Assembly (NCBI GenBank): GCA_964016885.1
Contig: OZ024740.1
Coordinates: 256,990,001-257,054,000 of the forward strand
Length of the DNA: 64,000 nucleotides
Origin: Eledone cirrhosa
Lineage: Eukaryota
Reading direction: 5' to 3'
This document shows positions 39,930-53,439 of the stretch, piece by piece (the first letter of the stretch is position 1; the number at the start of each line of letters is the position of its first letter). The notes below the pieces were generated by a model. It worked only from the letters and a program-made list of their open reading frames with translations. It was not told the DNA's origin and searched no databases. The translations under genes were made by a program, and so were the position numbers.

Positions 39930-42486
39930 AAAAATACCCTGGCATGAAGGTTATCCCGAAGAGATTGGCTATTTGATTTTCATTGGCGCCCAGAGTCTCT
40001 CCAAGCACGTCGTCACTCTTTCCGTTTAATAACCCTCTATAGAACGTGACGGGGGAGTTCCCACCTATCGCAGTGCCTGTCTGGTCGAGGGTTGTGAGCG
40101 CCTGAATACATTCCAGCCTTCAAGTACATCATTAGCCATGGTGTGCCCCGCCCACCATATTGCGGGTGTTGACAGCAGATGGACTGCCTTACCATCGGAG
40201 CGCGACCCTTCCGAAAAAAGCGAAAGAGCAGACGCTCCAGTACAGTCAGGTGAGGTTTAGGAGAATGCACGGTGGTCAGATGGTATTAGATGACTGACGC
40301 AATGTACGTGTTCGCCACTATGCCCCGACTTTCAAGGATAGTCTCCTCTCAGCCCATTTCTCGGTGAGAGAAGCCAACTTGAACGTTACCTCGTCCCAGT
40401 TTTTGTCCATTTGGAGGTCCCATCCAAACCAGAGTCCGTGTAATTTAACCGGTCCGACCGTCCAGCGACCGACGATGCTGTTCGACACCACCGCGTAACG
40501 TCGTCGCAATACGCTGACATGGATAGAACATCGTAGTTCTAACGGGATGCCCTCAACGACTCCAATTTGTGTACTAATGGCTCAAGAGTCATCCCAGACA
40601 GAAGGGTCGAGAGGGCACAACCTTTGTGGACCGAGCGAATGATGTTGAATGTTTCCGAAAGGTGGCCATCTACTCTAACCACAGAGCAGATGTCGCTGTG
40701 CATTGCAGTAATCCAGATCCTGAAAACGGCTCCAAGGCCTGCTGCTTCGAGGACGGTCGGAAGGTAGCGACAGTCAACCCTATCGAAGGCCTTTGATTGA
40801 TCTAAATTGATCAGAGCCCCATCCTTAGCCACTCGCTGTATTATGTGTCGCATGAGGTGGAGGTTATCATGCATGGACCTGTCTGGAATGGCGCATGTTA
40901 GCGTCTCCCCTACCAGATCACCGATGACAAGCACCAACTCTGTTGCTGATGCTTTGTCCAACATTTTAAATTCTGCGTTTAGCAGAGTTATGGGCTTCAA
41001 ATAATCTATATGGTCCATGTTGTTCGGGTCCTTTGTCAACAACGCTACCGCCCCTCAACTTACAAATCTGGGAATTCTCCCGCTCTTCTGCCAGTTGGCA
41101 TAGACATCCGTTATGATGTAACCGAACAAATCTGGCATGTTTGTGTAAAGCTCGTAGGGTAGACTATCTAAGCCATGTGATTTGCCCCTCCTCCAGCTTG
41201 CCATAGTGTCCCATATTTCCTCAGCTGTTATCGGTTTTTCGCAATACTCCACCTCCCTCGCCGAGAGCCGTGGTAGGCATCGAGGGGGTTCTGAAATCCA
41301 ACTCTCGATCCGACCAGCCACCGCTTCCGAACATTTGAGCGAAGTGTTGCTGAAAGACCTCACACATCTGGCTGGGATAAAGAAACGTGCCCGTCGTTGT
41401 CCAGCAAAGATGGGATTGTGGCTCTGTTGCCACGCCTCCGCTCCGCCACTAGGATCCATTGGACAGCTCTCGTCCCTTCGTGTCTAAGATCTTGCGCGTT
41501 TGCTCTGTCAACGCAGCCTTCGTACTTAGCATTGAAGAATTGGTCGAGGGCCAATCTCGCCGCTGTGATGCCTTTAGTAAGTGCCTCATCTAGTTTTCTA
41601 GATCTCCCTCTAATCTAGTTTTCTCTATCATTTCAGCAGTACTAAACCTTATCGATACTGCTCTAATAGCCGTTTTTAGGGCGAAACATTAATTGTTGTT
41701 GACGATTGCTCCCATCAACGTCCGGTCTTTGTAGTCTTTGCGGGCTGGGAATGGCGCATTTAACTTCCAGTACCCAGCTCCCTGTTTATGAAGCCCATCT
41801 AGATTGACCACAGAATATGAAATTGTGGTCTGTGTAATCGACTATTTTGAATTGTATTAGACTTATCTATTTCCCTACAGAATAATCTATCTAATTACGA
41901 TCTGGATGACCTGATGCTGTTTTTCCATGTCCACATTGGCACATTCGGGAAATCTAGCCGATACCTGTCAGACTGTTGGAAGAGTCTGAGCAGGTTTGTG
42001 AGGCTTTTACACCTCACTCCACTATCTATTAGACCCACACAGTCCCAGCGTGCATCCAAGATACCGTTCCAGTCCCCCACTAACACTAAAGAGAGGGACG
42101 TTCCAAGAAAGGTATCAATGCTTCTGAAGAAATCAGGCCGTCCTGCACCTGTCGGGGCATAGGCAGCCACTAGCCTGAAAGCATAGCCTTCGCTTCTGGT
42201 CACATCCAACATTCCCTTCTGGATCCAGGAAGATGGTCCGTATTGAAAGATCCAGGTCTTTCCGAAATATCACAGCGACTCCGCCCCGAGATGCTGGACG
42301 GCTTGGAGATGCGTATACCTCGTAGCTAACGAAGATGGGTGCAAAAGTTCGTATGCTGGAAATTCTGGTCTCGCTGATGGCCACCACATCTATGTTTAGG
42401 GACTGTAGTCGTTGAGCAGGTGGCCCTGCTTCCAAGATGAGTCCACGCCATTTGCAATTACATTTCCTATCTTGAAAGAAGCCATG
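39930..42486 (-). mobile_element. Tx1-like LINE ORF2, decayed (APE endonuclease + RT)
   Basis: MASFKIGNV, AISETRI, GDWNGILD, KSHGLDSLPYELY, PITLLNAEFK, LDQSKAFDRVD, GCALS, KLHGLWFG. Confidence 0.85.
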
Positions 42487-42777
42487 TTGGCTGAAGAAAA
42501 AGAGGGAAAGGCTACCTACCTTAGAATTTTCGGGGAAAATACGGTTGTTCTGTCCCTGTGGTCAGATATGGGTTCGTTTACAAGTATACCTCCGTATATC
42601 CTTCTAGCGAGTGTTCCTCGGTATTCACCAATTGACTCGGAGTATTTGTTTTTAAATTTGTGTACATTTTTAAAATCTATATTTATACTTTGAATGTGTG
42701 TGGTTGGGATGAATTTTTTTGCGTGTCTTATGTGTTGTATTTCTGAAATGATTGTGTTATGTTGTAGGTAGTCGATT

Positions 42778-42915
42778 GAAGAAGAAGAAGAAGAAGAAGA
42801 AGAAGAAGAAGAAGAAGAAGAAGAAGAAGAAGAAGAAGAAGAAGAAGAAGAAGAAGAAGAAGAAGAAGAAGAAGAAGAAGAAGAAGAAGAAGAAGAAGAA
42901 GAAGAAGAAGAAGAA
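42778..42915 (+). repeat. (GAA)n microsatellite
   Basis: About 46 perfect GAA units. Confidence 0.98.
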
Positions 42916-43079
42916 ATCACTAAATCACTAATTAGAAATATTTCTCTATATTTTCATATGACATAATGAACTATTCTTTACTCAGTTAGTTAGGAGGAAG
43001 TACATGAACCCATGGCTATTTTCGGAATCTCTGAAGCTTGTAATAGGGATGGTTGTACCCTCAATCAGAGACCTGACCT

Positions 43080-43620
43080 AAATACCTTCAACACAGAAGA
43101 TTCCACCCAAGACATCCATTGAACGGATTAAATCTTATACCCAAAAAGACCAAATCCTGAAAAAATATCGCAATTATCACGTCCGCAAGTGTCATGCTCT
43201 AAAGTTACAAGCCCCTCCTTAGACTGAGTGAATGAAATATCAAAACTCTCTGTTCACAGATAATATTTTTACGTTTTGTTTAGGGAATGGAAGAAAGTAT
43301 CTATCGCCGCTTCAGAACCTCTAATACTGCTAGATAGATGTAAGCTACAACAGGAGAAGTTCATCTTTAAACGGTGAACTGGACTCTATTAAAATCATCC
43401 ACAAGCCGATTCTAACGCCAGGAACTGCATTCCCAGCGGCGCATTTTGTCCTTGAGTAAAGCAACTTATTTTCTGTTGCTCCAGTCTACCTATCTGGCAA
43501 ACATGAGCAGTACCAGTAATTCAATGTTTAAATCAGGGGCTTACAGTCGATCAGTAGATAAAACAACTCGATGTGCTTCGTTGAAACTGACGGAAGACCT
43601 ACCATCAATAGAATATTTCT
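43080..43620 (+). pseudogene. possible highly decayed Gypsy-type pol/integrase remnant
   Basis: Weak peptide traces IERIKSYTQKDQILK, KLSVH, YSRSVDKTTRCASLKL..GR. Confidence 0.25.
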
Positions 43621-44047
43621 ATCCATCCAATCTGGTAATGTCTGTCCAATCATTCCTTGCTATATTAATGCCGTAGAAATATCTGTAGCCAGTAGTATCG
43701 TGTTCTATTACTCATATCTAACTGATATCTCATTTTCAGATCCACAGCTTTTATCTAATCATCAACGTATAGCATATCAATGCTTATAATGCGTCAGTCA
43801 CGTCAACGGGCAGCGGTGACCGACGTGACCGTAGCAGCCATTACTAATACGTCAGTCACGTTGACGGCAGCGGTGGCCGAGCACCCATTACACCAATATC
43901 TATATCGTACATATATGTACACCCAACCCACCACACACGCACATAGTAACATACAGACATACATGCAAAAATATACATCTATACAGACACACACACACGC
44001 CCCCATGCTCACATATACCAGTATATATATTAATGTAAATATATACC

Positions 44048-44140
<93 letters not shown>

Positions 44141-44312
44141 GTGTGTGTGTGTGTGTGCGTGTGCGTGCGTGCGTGTGTGTGTATGTGCGTGTGTGTGTTA
44201 TATTAATATCAATGAAATCTGAAAGTTTATATCGGAATTTCGGTAGTAAATAAATACAATATGGTTGTAGCTTGAAGGAGAGAGAGAGTTAGGTGCGTAC
44301 AGAAATCAATAG

Positions 44313-44343
<31 letters not shown>

Positions 44344-44357
44344 CACACACAAACAAA

Positions 44358-44439
<82 letters not shown>

Positions 44440-44549
44440 TATATATATAACAATGTTGTCTCTGATCGAGACGAAGCGCGAGTGTATTTCTATACATATG
44501 AAAATAAGCAAACAAATCGCAAGGACAACAATTAAAACAGCTAAATGAT

Positions 44550-44885
44550 ACCAAAGATAGCAATGGGCAAATATATCTCAGACGACAGAGAGACCAGCGG
44601 CCAGTGGTCAACAGATGGACAATCTAGAGAGTGTGTGACAGGTAAATGAAATATAGAAAAGATAAAATGAGGAAGGCAAGGAGAGTGCGCTGATGCTCAG
44701 TAATGACTGGAAGAAGGAAATAAAGAAAGGCGATGTACAAGACATGTTTACACTCACACACATCTTCACCCTCATCAGCTCAAAGCAGATGGTGTCACAC
44801 ACCTTGTGGATTGCTTTCCTCTTGACCACTGGCCACTGGTCTCTCTGTCCTCTGAGCCAATTTTGCCCTTCGCTATATTTGACAT
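44550..44885. mobile_element. MITE-like element, ~60-bp imperfect terminal inverted repeats
   Basis: GGGCAAA..CTCAGA.GACAGAGAGACCAG.GGCCAGTGGTCAA vs TTGACCACTGGCCACTGGTCTCTCTGTCCTCTGAG..TTTGCCC. Confidence 0.6.
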
Positions 44886-45044
44886 GGCTGATCAGTGGAT
44901 CTGCTAATATGCAGATCTGACTGATTAGCCAGTCTGCTAATATGAAAATCAGGCCAATCAGTCAGTGTATATTTTTGAAAATATCATATATTTTTGAAAA
45001 TATCATATATTTTCACTAGCTCTGACAGTTGGCAGGTGACTAGT

Positions 45045-45094
45045 GAGCTGCACTGATGAAGGGTGTTACCCAGAAACATTAGTGTCTGCAGTTC
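45045..45094 (+). ncRNA. compact type I hammerhead ribozyme (same family as 8552-8601)
   Basis: GAGCTGCA-CTGATGA-A-GGGT GTT ACCC-A-GAAAC-ATTAGT-GTC-TGCAGTTC; 45045-45226 is homologous to 8422-8601 reversed. Confidence 0.85.
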
Positions 45095-45223
45095 TGTTTA
45101 CATGCCAACACAAGAGCAAAAATGAAGGGTTCGTTCTACTAACATGGCTTTAAAAATGAGGCTTGTTTGCATAATTGCAAACGAATCGAATGTTATTATT
45201 AATATTCTAAAAACTCAGATTAC

Positions 45224-45286
<63 letters not shown>

Positions 45287-45287
<1 letters not shown>

Positions 45288-45425
45288 CGAAGGAAATGTG
45301 GTAAGGAACCAGATGGACCATAACGCAATGTAGTAAAGTGGGTAATAGGAACGAGTAGGACCCCGACCGCTGAGCTCAAGCCGTTTCGACGGCTCTTGAG
45401 CTCAGCCGTCGGGGTCCTACTCGTT

Positions 45426-45430
<5 letters not shown>
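45287..45430. repeat. fold-back element in (TA)n, second copy at 51141-51338
   Basis: AGGAACGAGTAGGACCCCGAC.GCTGAGCTCAAG and its reverse complement in both copies. Confidence 0.85.
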
Positions 45431-45464
<34 letters not shown>

Positions 45465-45663
45465 AATCACATATATACGTCAATTTCGCAGATGAAGAAC
45501 TAACATTTATTACAGAACTGACACGTGTTTCGCCAATAAGCAGGTGATCAATATCTAGAGTCGCTAATCCGATGGGATTTATCGGAAAACTCGATTTCCA
45601 ATACTTTACGTTAGCACCGTGATAAATCGGAGTTTAACAATGTTTTCATCCGTACATGGTGTC

Positions 45664-45717
<54 letters not shown>

Positions 45718-45791
45718 AGAAGGCGTGTGACCATAGAGGAACCCAGGTTGTATAAATTGTAGTTGGTTTGAAATGTATTAAGATAGATAAT

Positions 45792-45976
45792 TGTTTCTAC
45801 GTTTGGCACAAGGCCAGCAAATACCCAGTGCATTACTGGTACTTTATTTTATCGACCCCGTAAAGATGAAAGGCAAAGTTAACCTCGACGGGATTTGAAC
45901 TCAGATCGTAAAGGGACGTAACTATGCTGGAAAGCATGGCGTCCGACCTTCTACCGATACTGCCAAATCAGCGCCA
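45792..45976 (-). mobile_element. SINE with 19-bp TSD
   Basis: ATGTATTAAGATAGATAAT on both flanks. Confidence 0.9.
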
Positions 45977-46029
45977 TGTATTAAGATAGATAATGTGAAC
46001 TGAGTATATAGAGAAGAGTGGTAGACAAT

Positions 46030-46688
46030 GACAGTGCTGTGAAAACTGAGACAATTGTCCTCTCAAAGAAGCCTGCGCAGTGCACTCTACATATGAATGG
46101 AGTTCCACTGAAGCAGGTAGCAAAGTTTATGTATCTCACGGCCATGTTCACGAGTGACGGAGGCAGGAGGCTGAATTGGTTGCAAGAATTGCAGGAGCTG
46201 GTGCCGTAATGCACCAGCTTCAGCTTCCAGTAATCAGAAGAAGGGAGGTAGGTTCAAAAACAAAACTCGCTATCTTCAATTCGCTATTCGTGCCAACCCT
46301 TACCTATGGTCATGGATTCGATCGTGAATACAAGCGGCCGTAAGGGTTTTGGGAGTAACCTTACTCGATAAAGTGTGTAGCTCGGAGATAAGAGAATCAC
46401 TCCAGGTAGAGACGCTACTTCTCCGAATTGAGAGATCACAGATCCGATACTATGGGCATGTCTCAGGAAAGAATCGCTGGACAGATTTCACGAGCAAAAC
46501 AAACCGACAGGAGAAGTAGGTGTAGACACCGAGCCAGATGGTTGGATAACATCCATGAGCTTGGCTGGTCACACTTGAGGGTCGAACAGGATCAGTTGGT
46601 GACGGTTGCTTCTGACAGAAGCCGCTGGAAGGTGTGTTTGAGGACTCTTCCCCCAAGACCCTCTCAGGATGAAGAAGAAGAAGAAGAA

Positions 46689-46719
<31 letters not shown>

Positions 46720-46768
46720 AAGAAGAAGAAGAAGAAGAAGAAGAAGAAGAAGAAGAAGAAGAAGAAGA
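46030..46768 (+). mobile_element. decayed 5'-truncated RTE LINE with (GAA)n tail
   Basis: KTETIVLS, NGVPLKQVAKFMYL, PTLTYGH, RSR.R.RARWLDNI, LPPRP; a similar 3' end with GAA tail at ~4572-4645. Confidence 0.8.
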
Positions 46769-47807
46769 CAGGGAGAGAGGGATATTGAGGAGAGAGAAGG
46801 AGTGAGTGAGAGTTGACCTCAGACACTAAAAACAAAATCAGACAAGCGTTTAAGATAAGATATACTAGGAGAAATGTAAATTTAATAGATACGTTACAAC
46901 GTTGCATTGAATGCTTTGCAGTTTTTCTCATAACTCTCTAGGCGGTGAGTTCAATTCTTCCTCTCTCCCCTGGTTTATCTGAATGAAATAGTCTGTATTC
47001 AGACCTGGTGGAGAAGGGGCTCCGCCAAATTCAAATGTGTTTCACTACGGTACCCACAAGACGCAATCAGGAGTTCAAAAGGAAGCAACTGACTGTTTTT
47101 TTTGGGGTAATTTTTATCATTAGTATTAGTCAGGGTCAGTAAAACTGGGAGAGAGAGGGGTGTATGGAGCAGAGAGACAAATGGAAGTTGTCTATGAGGG
47201 TATATCATTAATAAGTTCTTACTTCACCAAAAAAGTCCATTTCGAATGATTTCATACGAATGAAACACACCCATATCAATTATACATATATCACCCTTTT
47301 ATTGTATACATTAAGGTATTTGTATAAGTATAGAGCGTCAACCCTGTCTCTTTGCATCTGTTACCGCTGTCTTCTCTTTCTCATTCTCTCTCTCCCCCTC
47401 TCTCCTCCTCATATCTCTAACACTCTTTGCCTTTCCACACACCTTTCTTACTTTTTATTAGTCTGTATCTTTCTGCGTCAGCTTCACTATATATTTTGTA
47501 TCTAGAACTGATGTTATATTTGCAAATGACTGAAGCTGATGTTTAATACACCGAAAAGCATATAAGGTATAGCTTATTCTTGTCTCTGTAACGATTAAGT
47601 AAACGTCATTGATGACGAATGAATTTGTCACGCGGCTATTGAGATAGCTGTGACATGATCACAGCTTAAATTATTAATAACGAAACTTATAATGTCTTCA
47701 TATACACGTAGGTGTGAATGCATTGGGACAATATGACAGGCTTATATCAACGGTGGAAATATCAGCCAAACCCGTCTATATCAGTTCAATAATGATGAGG
47801 CAGTCAA

Positions 47808-48575
47808 TATTAATTTAAAACTCTATAAAGTTAACTGTTTCCAATATAAGTAAATGTAAGCATCTCAATGAAAGGACAAAATATATTAATAAAATAATAA
47901 ATTAATTATCCACTCAGAGAAGTATTGAAATATATTAAACTTAAGCCAAAATCTAATTGGGGGCGAGGGTGAGGGGTGGATATGAGTCAAATGGTAAAAA
48001 AAAAATTAAGTTTTAACTAATATAATACCCCTTTTTCGCTGCTATTTCCAGCGTCGGTATAATACATTAAGTAGAAAATATTCATACAGTAATTCAGCGT
48101 TGCATCACGTTGCTTCGCCATGCGGTCTACTATGGCATGGTATATATGATAGATATTCAACTTGTCCCTTTAGTTTGAATATAATCATATTGTAATTCAA
48201 CGATTCAACACCTTGTTCACCATATGCTCTAGCAACGAAATGGTACGTATGATATATGTTGAACTTGTCCCCTTATTTCTAAGAAAAATTTACCTCCAGA
48301 TGAAGAAACTTAAATTCTTCCAATATTGGTTATTCCAATGTTTTGGAGTTCCTGATGTTGGATCTTGAGTTTCAGTAACCATGGTCGGGGTATTATATAA
48401 GTTAAAGCCGACTTTGTAGCCGATTCGGCTTATATTTCAACAAAATTATATTTCGGCTTAAGTTTAATATATTTTAATACATCTCTGAGTAAATAATTTA
48501 TTAATATATCTTACCATTTCATTGAGATGTTTACGTATTAGAGACAGCTAACTTTATAAAGTTATAAATTAATTG
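47808..48575. mobile_element. MITE-like element, ~130-150-bp imperfect inverted repeats
   Basis: TATAAAGTTA.CTGT...ACTCAGAGA.GTATT.AAATATATTAAACTTAAGCC mirrored at 48444-48575. Confidence 0.65.
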
Positions 48576-48612
48576 TATATATATATATATATATACACAT
48601 GTGTGTGTGTGT

Positions 48613-48651
<39 letters not shown>

Positions 48652-48729
48652 TAATGGTATAGTACTAGGAAAAACGAATGACTAGGCACATTGATTCACA
48701 CAAACAAATTCTAACCTTAGATATCGTAT

Positions 48730-49625
48730 ATATATATATAATTAATAAAACGGAGTTAAAGACACATTAATCCCCTATAATTTAATTGTTTCTACTTTAG
48801 GCACAAGGCCAGCAAATACCCAGTGCATTACTGGTACTTTATTTTATTGACCCTGTAAGGATGAAAGGCAAAGTCAACCTCGGCGGGATTTGAACTCAGA
48901 TCGTAAAGGGACGTAACTATGCTGGAAAGCATGGTGTCTGACCCTCTACCGATACTGCCAATCCCCTATAATTTAATGAGATCAAGGAATAGATACCGGA
49001 CTCTTTATAAGACAGTATATAGAGAAAAATACACAAAGAGGTATGTGTTCAATTATAGGGGATTGAATACCACCAGAGTGAAAATTATATTGTCTACGAA
49101 AGGAATGGAGAATACATAACAATTAAAAGCATAATTAAAATGTACAGACCATTCTTTTATAACTACATCTGCTGGACATGCAGAAAACATGTTTCGCCAC
49201 AAATAAAGTGTAGACTCATACTGCTGACGGCTTATCAACAAATGGACCAACAAATCGATCCACACTTTTAAAAAGATATTAGATAACTAGCAAATGGAAA
49301 TGGTGTAAACAGAAAACATACGTGCTATACAGCACATGGTGGTGTGAATAGACCAAAAGACCGCTAAATATAGCAGCCGATAACCATTCAACTTAAGAAA
49401 CTCTACTTACATATATAAATGAATCAGGAGCCAATATGTCAAATTAATCCCCTATAATTTAAGAAACATATAATTTAATGAGCACGTGGTATAGACATCG
49501 GGAACTTTATAAGACAGTACATAGATATAAATACATAAAGAGGTATGTGTTCAATCATAGGGGATAGAGAACCACTACAGTGTAGAATTCCATAATTGAA
49601 CACATACTTGTTTATGAATTCTTCT
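48730..49625 (-). mobile_element. direct-repeat (~500-nt period) element with decayed HHR, interrupted by a SINE (48785-48962)
   Basis: CTTTATAAGACAGTA..AAAGAGGTATGTGTTCAAT at ~49003 and ~49505; TSD ATCCCCTATAATTTAAT around the SINE; minus TTGATAA-GCC..GGC-GAAAC-AT-GTT. Confidence 0.65.
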
Positions 49626-49634
49626 CTCTCTCTC

Positions 49635-49686
<52 letters not shown>

Positions 49687-49731
49687 ATAAGAAACGGAGA
49701 ATTAGTGATGCAACGAATAAAATTTATTAGC

Positions 49732-49810
49732 CATATTACAATCGTTTCTCTGGCGACCAGCTCGAGGCCCGATCGAACCTGACTCTGAAATCACAAGATC
49801 CTCAGATACG
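49732..49810 (-). ncRNA. type I hammerhead motif
   Basis: CGTAT-CTGAGGA-TCT...AGA-GAAAC-GATT-GTA-ATATG in a ~160-nt island between (TA)n tracts. Confidence 0.7.
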
Positions 49811-49865
49811 TCTCGATTTTTTGAAGCAGAGTTTCCAAAAAATTATATATATAATATATAAAAAT

Positions 49866-49912
<47 letters not shown>

Positions 49913-49944
49913 TTGCATATATATATAGAATGCCCCCATTGGTC

Positions 49945-50185
49945 ACTAATGACCATGGTTTTTTCTCCCCGAGACATAAGCCTAGGCGAGGCTTGTTTGT
50001 GGAAGACGAGCAGTCGCCCATGCATACTAGTCACCCCTCTCCAGACCACCAATGATGTCCAAGGGAAAGGCAATGGCTGATACAACTTGGCACCAGTGAC
50101 GTTGCAACTCATTTCTACAGTTGAGTGAACTGGAGCAATCTGAAATATAGTGTCTTGCTCAAGGACACAACGCATCACCCACCCA
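49945..50185 (-). mobile_element. SINE body and tail lacking head
   Basis: GAGTGAACTGGAGCAA..TGAAAT..AGTGTCTTGCTCAAGGACACAAC central domain shared with 57060-57110. Confidence 0.75.
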
Positions 50186-50246
50186 CCTACACACACTCAC
50201 ATACACACATATATATATATATATAAAGAGAGAGAGAGAGAGAGAT

Positions 50247-50320
<74 letters not shown>

Positions 50321-51025
50321 TGTGTGTGTGTGTTTATATGTATATGATGCATACATACACACATATTACCCTTTACTTTTTACATATATCCAACATATGT
50401 TGCCTCAGTTGATTCAGTTTCCCTTGTTTTGTCTAAGGTTTGTGATTTTAATGACTAATACCATAAAGAAATCTTAAGATACATTGATTCTCATATGATT
50501 ATACATTTTCTGTCTTTTAACCGCTTACTTAGGAATTGAAATGTATTGTACATTTAAAAGTAGCTTTGCGTTGATGTAAACATATAATATATTTAAAAAG
50601 GTAATAATCCATCTTTAAAAATTAGCTTAATATTCCGGAAAGTCCTTTATCTGATTAACTTTTTCTGTCAATATTACATCAATGAAGACTGCATGTATGA
50701 ATTTGTTTGTGTCGTAGTGTTGTTAATATATTCCCATTGTCCGATTCAACTGAAATAGAGGGCTTGTTATTGGTTGTTCCACATATAATCCTGCAAATGA
50801 GAGGTGTTTAATGTAAGCTAGAAGCGGAAAAATGAAGAGAAACGATGGTTGTTGTAAATGGAGACATTATTCTGTTATATCCTCATGTCAACACACACAT
50901 ACACATACAAACACACTTACACATAGACAGATACAAATACACAGATACAGATGTACAGACGCACACCCACATATAAGCAGATAAACACACATACATAGGC
51001 ACGCACATATATACATACGTATATA

Positions 51026-51125
<100 letters not shown>

Positions 51126-51336
51126 TATATATATATATACAGGAACGAGTAGGACCCCGACGGCTGAGCTCAAGCCGTTTCGACGGCTAATTCTGAATTA
51201 GTCCAGAATTAGCCGTCGAAACGGCTTGAGCTCAGCCGTCGGGGTCCTACTCGTTCCTATTACCCACTCTACTACCCTAAGTATTGAGTACTTTGGTGCG
51301 TTATGGTCCACCTTGTTCCTTACCACATTTCCTTCG

Positions 51337-51375
<39 letters not shown>

Positions 51376-51465
51376 GAGGGAGAGAGAGAGAGAGACAAAT
51401 GCACAAACAGACCCACACTCTCAAATATATATAGAGAAAGAGAGTGCGAGAGACAGATTGTCACA

Positions 51466-51551
<86 letters not shown>

Positions 51552-53439
51552 TATATATGTATATATACATAACCAGATATACACAGATATCCACACATAT
51601 ATTTACAAGTACACAGACAGAGTGGCATCTGATTGGCAATTTGCTTAAAGCGAGTTTAGTTTGCTGGAAGAAAGTGTCTCGCCTTAATTGCTTCTCGTCG
51701 GATACGATCTTGTGTATCGTCCGTTGACAATATAACTTCCATAAGTGACTAGCAGCATATAAATGGACATTTGGTGGGAAACGGGGAAAAATCCGATAAA
51801 CGAAATTAAGGAATGCCTGGATGAGCAATTAGATGAAAATAGAAAAAAAAATCGAAGAGGAAAGAATGGAAAGAGGAAGAAAGATATATAGAGAGAAGAT
51901 ATTAAAAAAAAAGAGAGAAAGAAAGAGAAAGAGAAACATAGCGAGGGGGTGAAAGATAAAGGGAGAACAATTGAGAGAAGGAATGAGTTAGACTGAGACA
52001 TACGTAGGAAGATATATAATGAAGAAAATATAAAGGAAATATATAGAAAAGGAAAAAAAGATAGAGAGAAAGATAAAGAGAAGATAGTGAAAAACAGATA
52101 GAGAGGGATAATGAAATGGAGATGGATAAAATTAAAGAAAGGGAAGAGATAGAGAAGGAGAAAATTATAGAGACAGGGAGAATGAGATAAAGAGGAAGAA
52201 GGATAAATAAAAAGAGATATATATAGAGAGAGAATAGAGAGAAAAAAAGAAGGCATATATAGAGAATGAAAGATAAGAGGATGGGCTAGTGTGGAGTTGA
52301 GTTGATAGTTTTGTTAGTGTGATCGGTGTATACTATCATTAGAACTGGTATATTGATCTTTGGTTACTAATGAAGGTGAGAACTCACTAAAATGGTAATC
52401 TGGATAATAATGGCTATTAAATTACATATATAATTTAATAGCAATTAACCACACATACACATTATACATACACATTACACACACACACACATACACTCAT
52501 ACATATATACATATATACACACATAGATGCACATATATATATACACGCACATATGTGTGTGTGTCTGAATTTATATACAAAATATATGTAGGTATGTGTA
52601 CGTATGAATTTTAATTTACTATATAAATATATATATCGTTTTTCTCACTATTTAACGTATTAGTGTTCACTCTAATTTCCTTGGGATAGTGTCTTAATGA
52701 TACTGACTTTATTAAATTACTGAAGGTGTATTCGACAACGTATGTTGTATATCTAGCGATATACGGAATGTTTACGAATAAACATTTGACAGCCTTCAGC
52801 TATGAATTCTGGAAGATGATCACGTAGAGCCATGTAGCGGATTCCAGCAGAAGCGGGGTGGGCAACTGTCGACGATATCGTTTCTGACTCTGGTCGGCTT
52901 GGTCTGAAAATAGAATTAAAGTGTTCACTCCAACATAACTGCATATATATATATGTGTATTTTGTATATCTAGTCTGTTTATGAATAGCCGTTGGAAAGC
53001 CATCAGCTATGAACTTTGGAAGCTGATGATGTAGAGCAGTCTAGTAGATTCCAGCAAAGGTCGTGACGGGTATCTGTCGACGATAATTGTTTCTGACTCT
53101 AGTCTTTATCAAGACAGTGCCCCTTACCCTGCTCTCTGCTGGAACACAATATAAGTGAAAACATATAGTTTTCACATTTATGTAGATGGGCTGATTAGTC
53201 TCACATGCATATGGAACTTTTAATTTCTGAAAGTGCCCACAAAGCACCTTTAACTATTAAACAATAAAATATTCACACAAGTCGGGTAAATATAGCCCAA
53301 ACATACTCGCAAAATTTGAAAATCTACTGACGCTTTGTAAAATGATTAATTGATATATATATTCGAAAGTAATGTTTTTTTTAAATACATCTCAAATGGG
53401 AAAAGAAGTTGAAAATGCAATTTGAATCTTTAATATAAC

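Noticed and set aside
42516-42920. Poly-Ser ORF
   Set aside because: Driven by (GAA)n; the remaining peptide is not recognisable
51830-52290. Hydrophobic ORFs in purine/pyrimidine tracts (also 9846-10120)
   Set aside because: Low-complexity GA/CT-rich sequence
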